This document shows, in pieces, positions 9,805-19,854 of a stretch of 64,000 nucleotides of DNA. Position numbers and translations under genes: made by a program. Each line of letters begins with the position of its first letter. Within the stretch, counting starts at the first letter, position 1. The notes below the pieces were generated by a model that made no database searches, was not told where the DNA came from, and saw only the letters and a program-made list of their open reading frames with translations. This DNA is from Candidatus Pacearchaeota archaeon CG1_02_39_14 (GTDB lineage Archaea; Nanobdellota; Nanobdellia; Pacearchaeales; GW2011-AR1), in assembly GCA_001872315.1 (NCBI GenBank), contig MNVZ01000010.1, positions 1,057 through 65,056 on the forward strand, read 5' to 3'.

Positions 9805-10185
9805 TCAATCTTCTACTTTGAATTTCTGGTCACCACAAAAGTATATCTTTTCATCAATAATCTTATCATCTTTCCAATGTTGAACATTAAGTCTATAAAT
9901 TGTCATCTTTTCCCCTTTCTTGTTCTCTATATTTATCTCCCATTCTGTTACTGAAAAATCATCATTAATCCCTCCAAAAGCAACTAACATTATTTCAGCA
10001 GAGTTTAATTTTTCAATCTCCTGAAGAAATATCATATCTCTTCTTTGTTCTTTTCCAGTTACAGGAGGTTTTCCGTCAAGGTGTATATTTACATCAACAT
10101 TGTAATATTTTTCAAAAGCTTCAGAAATCTTTCCACGTTTAAGTAATGCATTCAATCTGTTTACGTTATCTTTTAAGTCAGTCAT
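9805..10185 (-). CDS. NTF2/SnoaL-like fold protein (tandem paralog 1)
   Basis: 126 aa paralog of 9412-9786. The 3' roughly 75 nt of the coding DNA are nearly identical between the two copies. Confidence 0.5.
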   Translation of the reverse strand: MTDLKDNVNRLNALLKRGKISEAFEKYYNVDVNIHLDGKPPVTGKEQRRDMIFLQEIEKLNSAEIMLVAFGGINDDFSVTEWEINIENKKGEKMTIYRLNVQHWKDDKIIDEKIYFCGDQKFKVED

Positions 10186-10359
10186 TTCATCTTTTAATAT
10201 CTGTTTGGTTGTAATGAGTAGTATATAAACTATGAGAGTATTAGACCATACAACAAGACTAATATTTTATTCTATGTATAAATTATGGTCCTCCGAGAAT
10301 ATCCCATGATGAAACTCAATAATTCGGCTATTTAAATTATCTTGTGATAGAAAAAAGGA

Positions 10360-10986
10360 TTATTTCTCTCTCATCTTTCCAGCTCTCTGACTTTTCAAAA
10401 ACCTCATGTTAAGAATTATTGCAGTAGCAATAAAAATCATGAGGAAAAAAAAGAAAAACCAGTCAAATACATAAGGCAAAGGTGTTTTAAAAGGAAGAGA
10501 AGATGAAAAAACGTAATTGATATTTTGTTCCAAAGTACTAAAAATTCGGCTTATGAAATAAAAAACAATAACTTCAACTATGCTCAATACCCAAAAATCC
10601 TTACGCTTTAGCTTTATCATGGACAAAGAAAAAAGCGCAAGAGGGACTGTAAATAAATGCTGCAGACTTATCAGGTTTCCTATTTTGGTCTGGTCCTCAA
10701 AAAAATAAGTAGTTATCCCCCACAGAGGATCTCCAGTCAGTAAAAAATAAAAGAAATCAATTGCCCATACCAATGAGGGAAGGCCCATAATAGCAAGCTG
10801 GCTCGCAATAAGAAAATCACTTCTGACCAATATCCCTGTCCCAATTAAAATTAATCCTATATAGCAAAACCATAAAACAAAATAATGCTCCTGAATGCTA
10901 AATTGATATAAAACTGCAACTAACCCCCACAATACAAAAACCACTCCAAGAAGATTGAGAATTCTTTCCTTTTTTTTATCTTGCAT
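10360..10986 (-). CDS. polytopic membrane protein, unknown function
   Basis: 208 aa with about 6 predicted hydrophobic helices. No recognisable catalytic motif. Confidence 0.45.
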   Translation of the reverse strand: MQDKKKERILNLLGVVFVLWGLVAVLYQFSIQEHYFVLWFCYIGLILIGTGILVRSDFLIASQLAIMGLPSLVWAIDFFYFLLTGDPLWGITTYFFEDQTKIGNLISLQHLFTVPLALFSLSMIKLKRKDFWVLSIVEVIVFYFISRIFSTLEQNINYVFSSSLPFKTPLPYVFDWFFFFFLMIFIATAIILNMRFLKSQRAGKMREK

Positions 10987-11016
10987 ATAAATAAAATGAT
11001 ATAATCTATTAATACC

Positions 11017-11289
11017 TTACCACTCCAGATTATTCAGCTCAACTTCCTCATAAACTATCACCTTCAGCTCGTAAAATTTGATAGTCTCTTCAACCTGATC
11101 ATCAAAATACCTTAACTGATAGTCTTTGTCTGTTTTTACGTCAAAAAGCTCAATCAGCATCTCTTTCGTTGTTTTGTAATCCTCAAAGACATAATGTGCA
11201 TCCACTTCCAGCTGCAGGCCATTTACTTTAACTTTATCACCTTTCGCTAATTTCGCAATCGGCTTTGATGCTTTTATTTTCATGAACAA
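11017..11289 (-). CDS. hypothetical small protein
   Basis: 90 aa ORF with a plausible start and coding-like composition. No recognised family. Confidence 0.35.
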   Translation of the reverse strand: MFMKIKASKPIAKLAKGDKVKVNGLQLEVDAHYVFEDYKTTKEMLIELFDVKTDKDYQLRYFDDQVEETIKFYELKVIVYEEVELNNLEW

Positions 11290-11317
11290 AAAGAAGACTG
11301 ATAATTTATAAACTTAT

Positions 11318-12499
11318 TTGCCCAAAAAAGTAATGGTAAAACCGGATTATAATGGGGGAGGGACTCTCAATTTAATTTCCTCAATAAGCGAAGCTGCAGG
11401 AAATAAAACCGGCTATCCTATACTAAATGCTCTGCATCCTGAAAAACTGAAAGATGTAAAAAACATAGTCTTTCTGCTGATAGATGGGTTAGGATATGAA
11501 TTCATAAAAGAGTACGGCAAGAACACTATTTTTAATGAAAATATGATTGGGAAAATGACCACTACATTTCCATCAAGCACAAGTGCTGCAACAACTTCTT
11601 TAATGACAGGACAGGAGCCAAGAGAACACGGCATGACTGCATGGCATATGTTCATGAAAGAGATAGGAACTACAATAATCCCCTTGCCTTTTGTAGAACG
11701 AATGGGAAGAAAAGGCATACAGGACAAAATAGAAATAAAAGGCCTTTTCAATCTTAACCCCTTCACATCCAGAATAAAATACAATTCTTATTTAGTACAG
11801 CATAAAGAGATACTTGACAGTGATTTCACCAAGGCAGCCGTCGGAAAGAAAACAAAGCGTATTGGATATAACGATATGACAGACGGACTAAAGAAAGTAA
11901 GAAAAATAATAAAATCAAATAATAAGAACAAGTTTATCTTCATGTATTATAATAAGCACGATAGTTTGTGTCATGATTATGGAACTACTCACAAAAAAGT
12001 CCAAAAACATTTTAAACAAATGCCTGGCATAATCGAAAACTTTTTCAAATCTATTGAGGGTACTGGAACAATTGTCGTAATAACTTCAGACCATGGGCAC
12101 ATGGATATTCATAAAGACAAGAGGATTCATGTTGAAGACCATCCTGAAATGAAAGAGTGCCTCACTATGCCCCTTTGCGGAGAAGCAAGATTTGCATATT
12201 GTTATGTAAAACCTTCCAAGGAGAAGCAGTTTGTCCAATATATAAAAAATAACTTAAAATATTGCTGTAATTTATACAAAAGTGAATCCCTTCTGAACAA
12301 AGGGTACTTTGGAATAAGAAAAGAGAAAGAGCATCCTAATATAGCCCACAGAATAGGAGATTATATTATATTGATGAAAGATAATTATGGAATTTACGAT
12401 AGACCTGCTTATAATAAAAGAGAACATTACAATATAGGCGACCACGGAGGACTATCAAGAAAAGAAATGATTGTTCCCCTCATTATTGTTAAAAAATAA
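11318..12499 (+). CDS. alkaline-phosphatase-superfamily metalloenzyme (type I phosphodiesterase/nucleotide pyrophosphatase-like)
   Basis: 393 aa with an LIDGLG metal-ligand block, a nucleophile motif TFPSSTSAATTSLMTG, and a distal SDHGH motif. Confidence 0.6.
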   Translation: MPKKVMVKPDYNGGGTLNLISSISEAAGNKTGYPILNALHPEKLKDVKNIVFLLIDGLGYEFIKEYGKNTIFNENMIGKMTTTFPSSTSAATTSLMTGQEPREHGMTAWHMFMKEIGTTIIPLPFVERMGRKGIQDKIEIKGLFNLNPFTSRIKYNSYLVQHKEILDSDFTKAAVGKKTKRIGYNDMTDGLKKVRKIIKSNNKNKFIFMYYNKHDSLCHDYGTTHKKVQKHFKQMPGIIENFFKSIEGTGTIVVITSDHGHMDIHKDKRIHVEDHPEMKECLTMPLCGEARFAYCYVKPSKEKQFVQYIKNNLKYCCNLYKSESLLNKGYFGIRKEKEHPNIAHRIGDYIILMKDNYGIYDRPAYNKREHYNIGDHGGLSRKEMIVPLIIVKK

Positions 12500-12501
12500 A
12501 T

Positions 12502-13800
12502 CTAAGGCTTCGTCCTGGCCATCGTCCTTGGGAATGCAATTGCATCCTTGATTGTATCCAAACCGCAAATCCATTTTATCAGCCTCTCAGTGCCTAATCC
12601 ATATCCTCCGTGAGGAACTGCGCCATACTTATGTATGTCAAAATAATAATCATAATCCTCCAGCTTTTCCCCTTTTGCTTTCAGGCTTTTTTTCAGCTCA
12701 TCAAGGTCAGTATCCCTAACGCTTCCTCCAATCAACTCTCCCTGGGCTTCAGGCCCCAACATATCAAAGCATAGGGCAACTTTCTTGTTCTTAGGATCTG
12801 CAGGCTTGTAGAAAGCCATTGCCTCTTTAGGATAATGAGTTACAAAAACGGGGGTGTCATGCATCTCCATAAACTTTTCTTCTTCAATAGTTCTCAAGTC
12901 CTTGCCCCATTTAATATCTATTTTCTTCTTGTCCTTTAATGCCTTCAGTACTTCATCATAAGTAATTCTTGGAAATTTCTTTTTCAGACTGGGAAGCAGT
13001 TTCTTTATATCTCTCTCCAAAAATTCCAGTTCTTCCCTATTTTCCTCAAGCACTTTTTTTATGACGAATTTAGTCATCTCTTCAGCATAGCCCATTATCT
13101 CATCAAGGTCGGCCCATGCGACCTCCATTTCAGTATGCCAATATTCTGTCAGATGTCTTGAAGTATTGGATTTTTCCGCTCTGAATGAAGGGGCAACAGT
13201 ATATATCTTCTCAAGGGCATAAATTGCAGCTTCAGCATATAGCTGCCATGTCTGCGCCAAATACATCTTCTTCCCGAAATACTTGATTTCAAACATGCTC
13301 GGTCCATCTTCGGCCCCACCTGGAATCATTAAAGGGGATTGAAACTCGTAAAATTTCTTACTTCTGAAATACTCATGCAATGCTCCTATGACTGTGCTTC
13401 TTATCTTCAATATAGCAGACATCTTCCTGCTTCTAATCCACAAGTGTCTTCTGTCTCCTAAAAGTTCCTCGTTCAAATCCTTATTTATTGGAAAACTGTC
13501 GCTCTCCCCAACAATCTCAATTTTTTCAGCATGTATCTCATATCCTGAAGGCGCTCTCTTATCCTCTTTTATAGTTCCCCACACTTTCATACTTGCCTCA
13601 ATCTGCAATTTATCTATCTCATTCCAAGAATCCTGGAAATCCTTTTTCTCAAAAACGCACTGGATTATGTCCGAGCTGTCACGAAGAACAATAAACTTCA
13701 ACGCGTTCGAACCTCGCTCTCTGTGAATCCATCCGCGCACAGCTACCTTTCCCTTTCCTTTCTTCATAGCTTCTTTGATTGAGATAAACTCTGATTTCAT
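12502..13800 (-). CDS. asnS: class IIb aminoacyl-tRNA synthetase, AsnRS-like
   Basis: 432 aa with an N-terminal OB fold (VRGWIHRERGSNALKFIVLRD), motif 2 FRAEKSNTSRHLTEYWHTEMEVAW and motif 3 GYGLGTERL. AsnRS versus AspRS assignment is tentative. Confidence 0.55.
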   Translation of the reverse strand: MKSEFISIKEAMKKGKGKVAVRGWIHRERGSNALKFIVLRDSSDIIQCVFEKKDFQDSWNEIDKLQIEASMKVWGTIKEDKRAPSGYEIHAEKIEIVGESDSFPINKDLNEELLGDRRHLWIRSRKMSAILKIRSTVIGALHEYFRSKKFYEFQSPLMIPGGAEDGPSMFEIKYFGKKMYLAQTWQLYAEAAIYALEKIYTVAPSFRAEKSNTSRHLTEYWHTEMEVAWADLDEIMGYAEEMTKFVIKKVLEENREELEFLERDIKKLLPSLKKKFPRITYDEVLKALKDKKKIDIKWGKDLRTIEEEKFMEMHDTPVFVTHYPKEAMAFYKPADPKNKKVALCFDMLGPEAQGELIGGSVRDTDLDELKKSLKAKGEKLEDYDYYFDIHKYGAVPHGGYGLGTERLIKWICGLDTIKDAIAFPRTMARTKP

Positions 13801-15086
13801 GGCTTCACCCTTTCCGGATCTCTTGTCAATAGTAAAGCTTCCCTGATATTCTCAAGGTTCAGCAATCTCTGTATAAGCCTGTCAAGACCCATTCCTGCAC
13901 CACCATGCGGAATAGCCCCATATTTGAATATAGCCGCATATATAGGATCTATTTTAACACCTTTCTCCTTTGCTTGTTTCTCTAAAATATCTAATCTGTG
14001 CTCTCTCTGTGCACCAGTTGTAACTTCTACTCCTCTCCACAGCAGGTCAAAGCTTCTTGTCAATTTTTTGTTATCCGGCCTCATATGATAAAAAGGCCTA
14101 ACGCTTGCAGGATACTCTGTAACGAAAACAAACTCTTCCCCATACTTCTTGAGAACATACTCTCCTATCATCTTTTCTGCTTCAGAATCTAAATCATCAT
14201 CTTCCTTCAGCTTCTTTCCCTTATCAGCCAAAACTTTCTTCAGTTCAGACATAGGAATTCTTGGTATTTTTTTAGGAATTTTAATATCGACTCCAAGTTT
14301 TTTTAATTCACTCTCCCTTTCCTTCTTAATATTCTGAATAACATATTTCATCATTTCTTCTAAAACATCCATAACATCATTCTCATCTTTTATGAATCCC
14401 ATCTCAATATCTGCCCCCATAAATTCCGTCAGGTGTCTTGTAGTATGGGATTTTTCAGCCCGGTAAACAGCGCCTATCTCAAAGACTCTTTCAAATCCTC
14501 CCATGACAAACATCTGCTTGTAAAACTGCGGGCTCTGCGCAAGATACACTTTTTTATCAAAATATTTTACTTCAAAAGATTCCGCTCCTGATTCAAGCCC
14601 GATTGTTGTCAGTTTAGGAGTATTAATTATAGTGAATCCGTTACCCTCAAAAAAATCAGACATGTGTCTGTAGAAGCTGCTCCTTACCTTGAATATCGCA
14701 TTTATCTCCCTCTTCCTTGTATCCAAAAATCTGTAATCCAGTCTTGTAGGAAGATTTGCATCACTTGCTTTCTCCTTAACCTGGATAGGAAGACTTTCGG
14801 ATTTACTGATTATTTTTATGCTCTCAACTTCTATTTCCAGGTCCTTTCTCTCAATATCAGATTTTATGCTTGCTTTTTTTGCTCTTCCTTCAATTTCCAC
14901 AACATATTCATCTCCAATACCATCCGTTTCATTCATCAAGTCCCCAGAAACAACACACTGCACTATTCCAGTATAATCCCTTAAAAGCAAAAACTTCAGT
15001 TTAGACAGGCTCCTGATCTCATGGACCCACCCTTTTAGCAAAACGGGCTTCCCGACTTTTATATCCCTCACAAGAGTTCTTTCCAT
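13797..15086 (-). CDS. aspS: aspartyl-tRNA synthetase (archaeal/eukaryal type)
   Basis: 429 aa with motif 2 YRAEKSHTTRHLTEFMGADIEMGF and C-terminal GAGMGLDRL...TRDPERVKP. ATGA overlap with the downstream paralog. Confidence 0.6.
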   Translation of the reverse strand: MERTLVRDIKVGKPVLLKGWVHEIRSLSKLKFLLLRDYTGIVQCVVSGDLMNETDGIGDEYVVEIEGRAKKASIKSDIERKDLEIEVESIKIISKSESLPIQVKEKASDANLPTRLDYRFLDTRKREINAIFKVRSSFYRHMSDFFEGNGFTIINTPKLTTIGLESGAESFEVKYFDKKVYLAQSPQFYKQMFVMGGFERVFEIGAVYRAEKSHTTRHLTEFMGADIEMGFIKDENDVMDVLEEMMKYVIQNIKKERESELKKLGVDIKIPKKIPRIPMSELKKVLADKGKKLKEDDDLDSEAEKMIGEYVLKKYGEEFVFVTEYPASVRPFYHMRPDNKKLTRSFDLLWRGVEVTTGAQREHRLDILEKQAKEKGVKIDPIYAAIFKYGAIPHGGAGMGLDRLIQRLLNLENIREALLLTRDPERVKP

Positions 15087-15091
15087 CCCAG

Positions 15092-16543
15092 TTATTCCCC
15101 AACAATCCTTTTAATTATTTCCATCGCCTTCTTAGCATCCAGTTTTCCCTTAAACTTGGCCATTACTATTCCCATATAAGCATTCTCTCTCAACCCCGGC
15201 TTTTCTTTCACAATCTTCCTTATCTCTTCCTCAAGTTCATCATGACTTGCCTTTTCTACTTTAACTGCATCTGCAAAATGCACTCCAGAAGATATCTTTT
15301 GCATGACTTCCTTCACATCCCTAGGATTAATTTCTCCGGAATCCACTAGCTCTAGTATTTCTTCAAGCTTTCTTTCATCCAAAATATGCCTGACCTCTTC
15401 CAATGGCTTATTTTCTTTTGTGGCTATTTCCCTTGGCCAAAGAGCAATCATCTTGGCTATTAAGTTAGCATCCTTGTCATGTACCTGGATTAATGCAAAG
15501 AATTCATCTGCCGCATCTTCATTAATAACAAGCTTAATCATCTCATCAGATAATCCTTTCTTCTTCAATTCTTCTTTGATATCGGACCTCAATTTTGGCA
15601 GGTTCTTTTTCAATAAATCGATCCTTTTTTTATCAACCCTTAAAAGCTCCAGGTCAGTTTCCGGATACATTCGTGCCTTTCCAGGAATCGGACGGAGAAA
15701 TTCTGTCTCCCCGAACTCTTTTGCATTTCTTACCTCTCCAGATTTTTTCCCCTTCTTTATATCCTGCAACTGCCTCTCAATTTCCAAGTCAATGGTCTTA
15801 ACAAACATCCTCGGTTCCTGAAATCCCTTTATCTCAACTCTATCATGTCCTTTTATAGAAACATTAACATCTTGCCTAATTGTTCCAATCCCTCTTTTAA
15901 CCTTACACGCTCTCAATATCTCTCCTATTTTCAAAGCACACTCCTTAACCTGTTCAGGATTTTTCATACTTGGACTGGTAGCTATTTCAATCAAAGGAAT
16001 TCCAAGCCTGTCCAGCCTGTATAAGACACTCTCCTTGCCTCTTTCAATAACCCTCGCAGAATCTTCTTCTAGTGCAACAGTATCAACTTCAACTTTTCCA
16101 AAACTTGTTTCCAGAAATCCAGAGTGTCCTATAAGAACAGTTCTTTGAAATCCTGAAGTGTTTGAGCCATCAATGACTGTCTTTCTCATTACCTGAGTAA
16201 CAGGATAAATTTCGCAATTCAGCAATAAAGCTATTTGCAATCCAATTTCCAGGGCTTCTTCATTCAAATTTTCAGGAGGGGACTCGTCCAATTCAACAAG
16301 AGAAGTAGTATCTTTATAGGCCTCATAAATAAACTCCTTATCTAATCTTGCTTCATGTTTGACGGCAACATCAACTTCTCCCTCCTCCCCTGCAACAGCG
16401 TGCAGTTTTCTCTTTATAGTATAATCTCCCTTGTCATTTCTAAGAAAATTAGGAGCATTTGAAAAAAGTTTCTTAGCAGAATCTATTTGCTGGTGTATTT
16501 CCAGGCCTGCCTTGAATCCCAATTTTTTGTAATTATAAGCCAT
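15092..16543 (-). CDS. gatE: Glu-tRNA(Gln) amidotransferase subunit E-like (GatE/GatB family)
   Basis: 483 aa with N-terminal LGFKAGLEIHQQI and a C-terminal GatB/YqeY-like tail. Sits 1.4 kb upstream of gatD. Shorter than canonical GatE. Confidence 0.6.
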   Translation of the reverse strand: MAYNYKKLGFKAGLEIHQQIDSAKKLFSNAPNFLRNDKGDYTIKRKLHAVAGEEGEVDVAVKHEARLDKEFIYEAYKDTTSLVELDESPPENLNEEALEIGLQIALLLNCEIYPVTQVMRKTVIDGSNTSGFQRTVLIGHSGFLETSFGKVEVDTVALEEDSARVIERGKESVLYRLDRLGIPLIEIATSPSMKNPEQVKECALKIGEILRACKVKRGIGTIRQDVNVSIKGHDRVEIKGFQEPRMFVKTIDLEIERQLQDIKKGKKSGEVRNAKEFGETEFLRPIPGKARMYPETDLELLRVDKKRIDLLKKNLPKLRSDIKEELKKKGLSDEMIKLVINEDAADEFFALIQVHDKDANLIAKMIALWPREIATKENKPLEEVRHILDERKLEEILELVDSGEINPRDVKEVMQKISSGVHFADAVKVEKASHDELEEEIRKIVKEKPGLRENAYMGIVMAKFKGKLDAKKAMEIIKRIVGE

Positions 16544-16578
16544 AAATTAGAATAAGAAAAGAGCTTATTAAAGATTAT

Positions 16579-17403
16579 CTAAACTGAATATCCTGCATCT
16601 CTTAATCCTTCCCAACCGTCAAGGAATCCCTGTACAAGATGCCTCTGAATTTCATGAATTTCTTCCCCAGAAATTAATGCCCAAACGTCAAGGAATCCTT
16701 TCCTGGCGCTCAAAATAGGAATCGGAATTTCTCCTACTCCCTCTACTAGTTCAGCAAGTCCAATAACTCTGCTTCCGTCTCTTGACATAACTTTCTTCCC
16801 ATTCAATTTTTTCATGGCCTTTTTGAAGTCTTTGCCGGTGGCTATCCTAAGCTTATGAGCTGCCTTCAAATGCCCTTCTTTAGCGTGAACGAAACTGCAC
16901 CCCAAATCAAGATAGGTAATGTCTCCTCCGTAAGTGCCATTAGGAGCAAAGGCATAATTCTGTCTTCTTCCTACAATGTCCGAGATTAAAAGAGATTCTA
17001 AATAAGGAATTTCTGCATTTAATGCCTCCTTCTCTCTTAGATTTTCCTCCGTTGATTTTGGATTTGGGACCATTCTTGAAACAAAATAATAATCTCTTCC
17101 TGAAGGGTCTTTCCCCCCATGCTCTCTCCAATCATAAAATACAACATCCCTTCTCTTATTCAATAGAACAAAAGTTTCCGGAGTTTTAAGCCCGAAGATT
17201 CTAGCGAGCTCAGCAGTCAGGGCTTCATACACAGGCTGATTGTGTGCATTAAAAGAAGATACCTCTCCATTTCCTATGTGGGACCCATAACAATATTTGA
17301 AGTACGCACTAAAAGATCCGAATCCATTGGAGATTTCACACTTTCCGCCCGGGTTGCTTCCTTTTCTTTCGCTGATTATTCTAACCTTTGTTCCCATAAA
17401 CAA
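16579..17403 (-). CDS. hypothetical protein inserted between gatE and gatD
   Basis: 274 aa long ORF with coding-like composition. No family recognised. Confidence 0.45.
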   Translation of the reverse strand: MFMGTKVRIISERKGSNPGGKCEISNGFGSFSAYFKYCYGSHIGNGEVSSFNAHNQPVYEALTAELARIFGLKTPETFVLLNKRRDVVFYDWREHGGKDPSGRDYYFVSRMVPNPKSTEENLREKEALNAEIPYLESLLISDIVGRRQNYAFAPNGTYGGDITYLDLGCSFVHAKEGHLKAAHKLRIATGKDFKKAMKKLNGKKVMSRDGSRVIGLAELVEGVGEIPIPILSARKGFLDVWALISGEEIHEIQRHLVQGFLDGWEGLRDAGYSV

Positions 17404-17524
17404 GTCTTTATATTTCGACTTATAAATCTTACTATTATAACTACCAAATAGTTACTACATAAAATAGCAAACCCATAAATTATCCTGACAAAAACCTTTA
17501 TATCCTTTTCAACTATCTAATCCT

Positions 17525-17962
17525 ATGAAAAAGAGTATGAATCATAAAAATCACACAATAGCACAGGAGCTAAGGGAGCTGACAGCTCATCCAGCAATAT
17601 CCTCGAAAAAGACTTTCGGGCAGAAAGCGGCAGATGCCCTCACAAAATGGGCAGGCTCATGGGCTTTTATTTTAATCTTTGTTATTATCATGGTTGCTTG
17701 GATTTTCATTAACGGCTATTACTTGACAAGATACGCCAGTGGAAAGCCTTTTGACCCATTTCCTTTCATTTTGCTAAATCTTGTATTATCCTGTCTTGCA
17801 GCAATACAAGCCCCAATAATCCTTATGTCCCAGAACAGGGAAGCCCAGAAAGACAGAATAAGAGCAGAATATGATTATGCAGTCAACAGAAAAGCAGAAA
17901 GGGAAATCAATGAGATAAAGGAGCAGCTTTTCAGAATAGAAAAAAAGATTACGAGAAAATAA
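17525..17962 (+). CDS. DUF1003-family membrane protein
   Basis: 145 aa with two TM helices followed by a conserved block (LNLVLSCLAAIQAPIILMSQNREAQKDRIRAEYDYAVNRKAEREI). Confidence 0.55.
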   Translation: MKKSMNHKNHTIAQELRELTAHPAISSKKTFGQKAADALTKWAGSWAFILIFVIIMVAWIFINGYYLTRYASGKPFDPFPFILLNLVLSCLAAIQAPIILMSQNREAQKDRIRAEYDYAVNRKAEREINEIKEQLFRIEKKITRK

Positions 17963-19219
17963 TCATCCTGCCAGGAACTCATTAAACTCGCCTGCAAAAT
18001 TCTCAAGCAATTTTTCCTTTTCCTTGCCTTTCCAGTTTCTATGTCCTAAAACCCATCCTAATTTTACGAAAGCCGTTTCAGAAAGCATGTCTTTCAAATA
18101 CAAAACGCCTGCCTTCTCCAATTCCCTTCCGGTAGAATATACTTTGGGATTCAAAGCCCCATAAATTGTCCCTGCAGTGCCACAGATAATCATTCCTGAC
18201 TTAACACAATTTTTAATTTTGCCAATCCATCCAGAATTAACATGCCCAAGCCCAGTCATCTCGATTACAATTCCTTTGTGCCCTTTCTCCTTATAGTAAT
18301 CTAAAATACCAGGGTCCTGCCCAGGATAAAATTTCACTAAAGCAACTTTGTTGCTGAAGCTATCATCCAATTCCAATTTTTCTATATTCTGATTTCCTAC
18401 ATTATACTCTTCAAGAAATTCAACCTTTCCCCCAATTTTAGCAATTGGCTTACAATTTATCGCCTTGAAGGTGTCTCTTCTTGAAGTATGCATCTTCCTG
18501 ACTTTAGTTCCCCGCAAAGCATAGCAGCAATCATCACTCTCTGATGCATGCCCGACAATAACAACTTCAGCACAATTAGACAAAGCAAATTTTGCAGCAC
18601 ATTCTAAATTAAGTTCGGCATCGCTGCTTGCCCTGTCAATGCTTCTCTGCGAAAATGTCAAAACAACTGGTTTGTTCAGATTCTTAAGCATAAAACTCAA
18701 AACCGAAGAAGTATAATGCAATGTGTCCGAGCCGTGTGTTATTATAACTCCCTTAATCTCCTTGTCATCACACATCTTTTTTGCTTCCTTGGCAATTAGC
18801 TTCCAGTGTCCTGAATCCATATTCTCTGACAGCTCCATAAAAGGAGAGCTTATTTTAATGTCATATTTTTCAAACAATCCTGGATAAAACTGCGCAAACT
18901 CGCCAACATCAGTCAATGCCTTCACTCCTCCAGTACGCGAATCCAATTTACTCGCAATCGTCCCTCCCGTAACTATCAGCCCAATCTTCGGCTTCCCCTT
19001 TGAACTTGGAATCTTATATTCCTTTTTCTCTTCCTTATACTTCCTTATTACATTTATCTCAAAAACATTTTCCTTTGGAATTCCAATATTGTACCCTGAT
19101 TCCAGCTTAACAAGAATAACGTCCTTATCATAGCTCTCTAAAATTATCCCTTTGATTTCTTTCTTAGCCAGTTTTACAGAAACATAATCCCCTGCATTTG
19201 CCTTAATTTCCATAATCAA
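17963..19219 (-). CDS. gatD: Glu-tRNA(Gln) amidotransferase subunit D
   Basis: 418 aa with an asparaginase-like domain carrying the active-site motif GLIVTGGTIASK plus the N-terminal GatD-specific domain. Confidence 0.8.
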   Translation of the reverse strand: MIMEIKANAGDYVSVKLAKKEIKGIILESYDKDVILVKLESGYNIGIPKENVFEINVIRKYKEEKKEYKIPSSKGKPKIGLIVTGGTIASKLDSRTGGVKALTDVGEFAQFYPGLFEKYDIKISSPFMELSENMDSGHWKLIAKEAKKMCDDKEIKGVIITHGSDTLHYTSSVLSFMLKNLNKPVVLTFSQRSIDRASSDAELNLECAAKFALSNCAEVVIVGHASESDDCCYALRGTKVRKMHTSRRDTFKAINCKPIAKIGGKVEFLEEYNVGNQNIEKLELDDSFSNKVALVKFYPGQDPGILDYYKEKGHKGIVIEMTGLGHVNSGWIGKIKNCVKSGMIICGTAGTIYGALNPKVYSTGRELEKAGVLYLKDMLSETAFVKLGWVLGHRNWKGKEKEKLLENFAGEFNEFLAG

Positions 19220-19247
19220 TCAATAAAAAGTAGATATAAAAATATTC

Positions 19248-19694
19248 CTAAGGTCCGAACGCCCTGACAATCAATGCACTACCTTCCTGACAATCAGCCC
19301 ATTGATCAACAGCATCCATATAAAATTGCCAAGTCCGTCTTGTAGGATTATACCTCATGGCTCTTGAGACTATAGGTTCGTTCTGACTATCCTTGATACA
19401 ATTAACAAATCTATAACCATTCCTTCCCAGCCCTCCGCCATCTGCTGCATCTACGCAAGGCTGCTTACCATCAACATGATTGCAAAGCCACGAGCCAAAT
19501 ATCTCTCCATTGCCTATCGCATCCTGCAAGGTCATCTCAGTACCATTGATGTCAACCCAAACTCTGTCTCCCCCATGTCCAGGATTTGGAATAGGCCCAT
19601 CATAAGCCAAGACTAATAAAACCCCCGCAAAAATCAAAATGGAAGCAATAATTCCAACACCAACCCTTTTATTGATATTCACCTCAAACTTCAT
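19248..19694 (-). CDS. secreted Cys-rich small protein (distant paralog of 26120-26593 and 27343-27780)
   Basis: 148 aa. The N-terminus MKFEVNINKR plus hydrophobic anchor ending in VLAYDGP resembles MNVNINLEKKYFF...VVYAQD and MEFNISIEKRYFF...AVYAYG. Confidence 0.5.
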   Translation of the reverse strand: MKFEVNINKRVGVGIIASILIFAGVLLVLAYDGPIPNPGHGGDRVWVDINGTEMTLQDAIGNGEIFGSWLCNHVDGKQPCVDAADGGGLGRNGYRFVNCIKDSQNEPIVSRAMRYNPTRRTWQFYMDAVDQWADCQEGSALIVRAFGP

Positions 19695-19737
19695 GATTCC
19701 TAGAAAGAAAAGGAATATTTAAACATTATCGTTAGTA

Positions 19738-19760
19738 AACATTGTAACGTTAAAGGGAGT
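19738..19760 (+). repeat. left terminal inverted repeat (23 bp) of putative cargo transposon
   Basis: ACATTGTAACGTTAAAGGGAGTT. Its perfect reverse complement lies at 26093-26115. Confidence 0.7.
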
Positions 19761-19854
19761 TTCTGAAAGTTGACAATCCATCAATGAACTTAGTTCGTAA
19801 CTTAATAGTTAATACAATGGAAACTTATTTAAATTATAAAAATATAAACAAATC

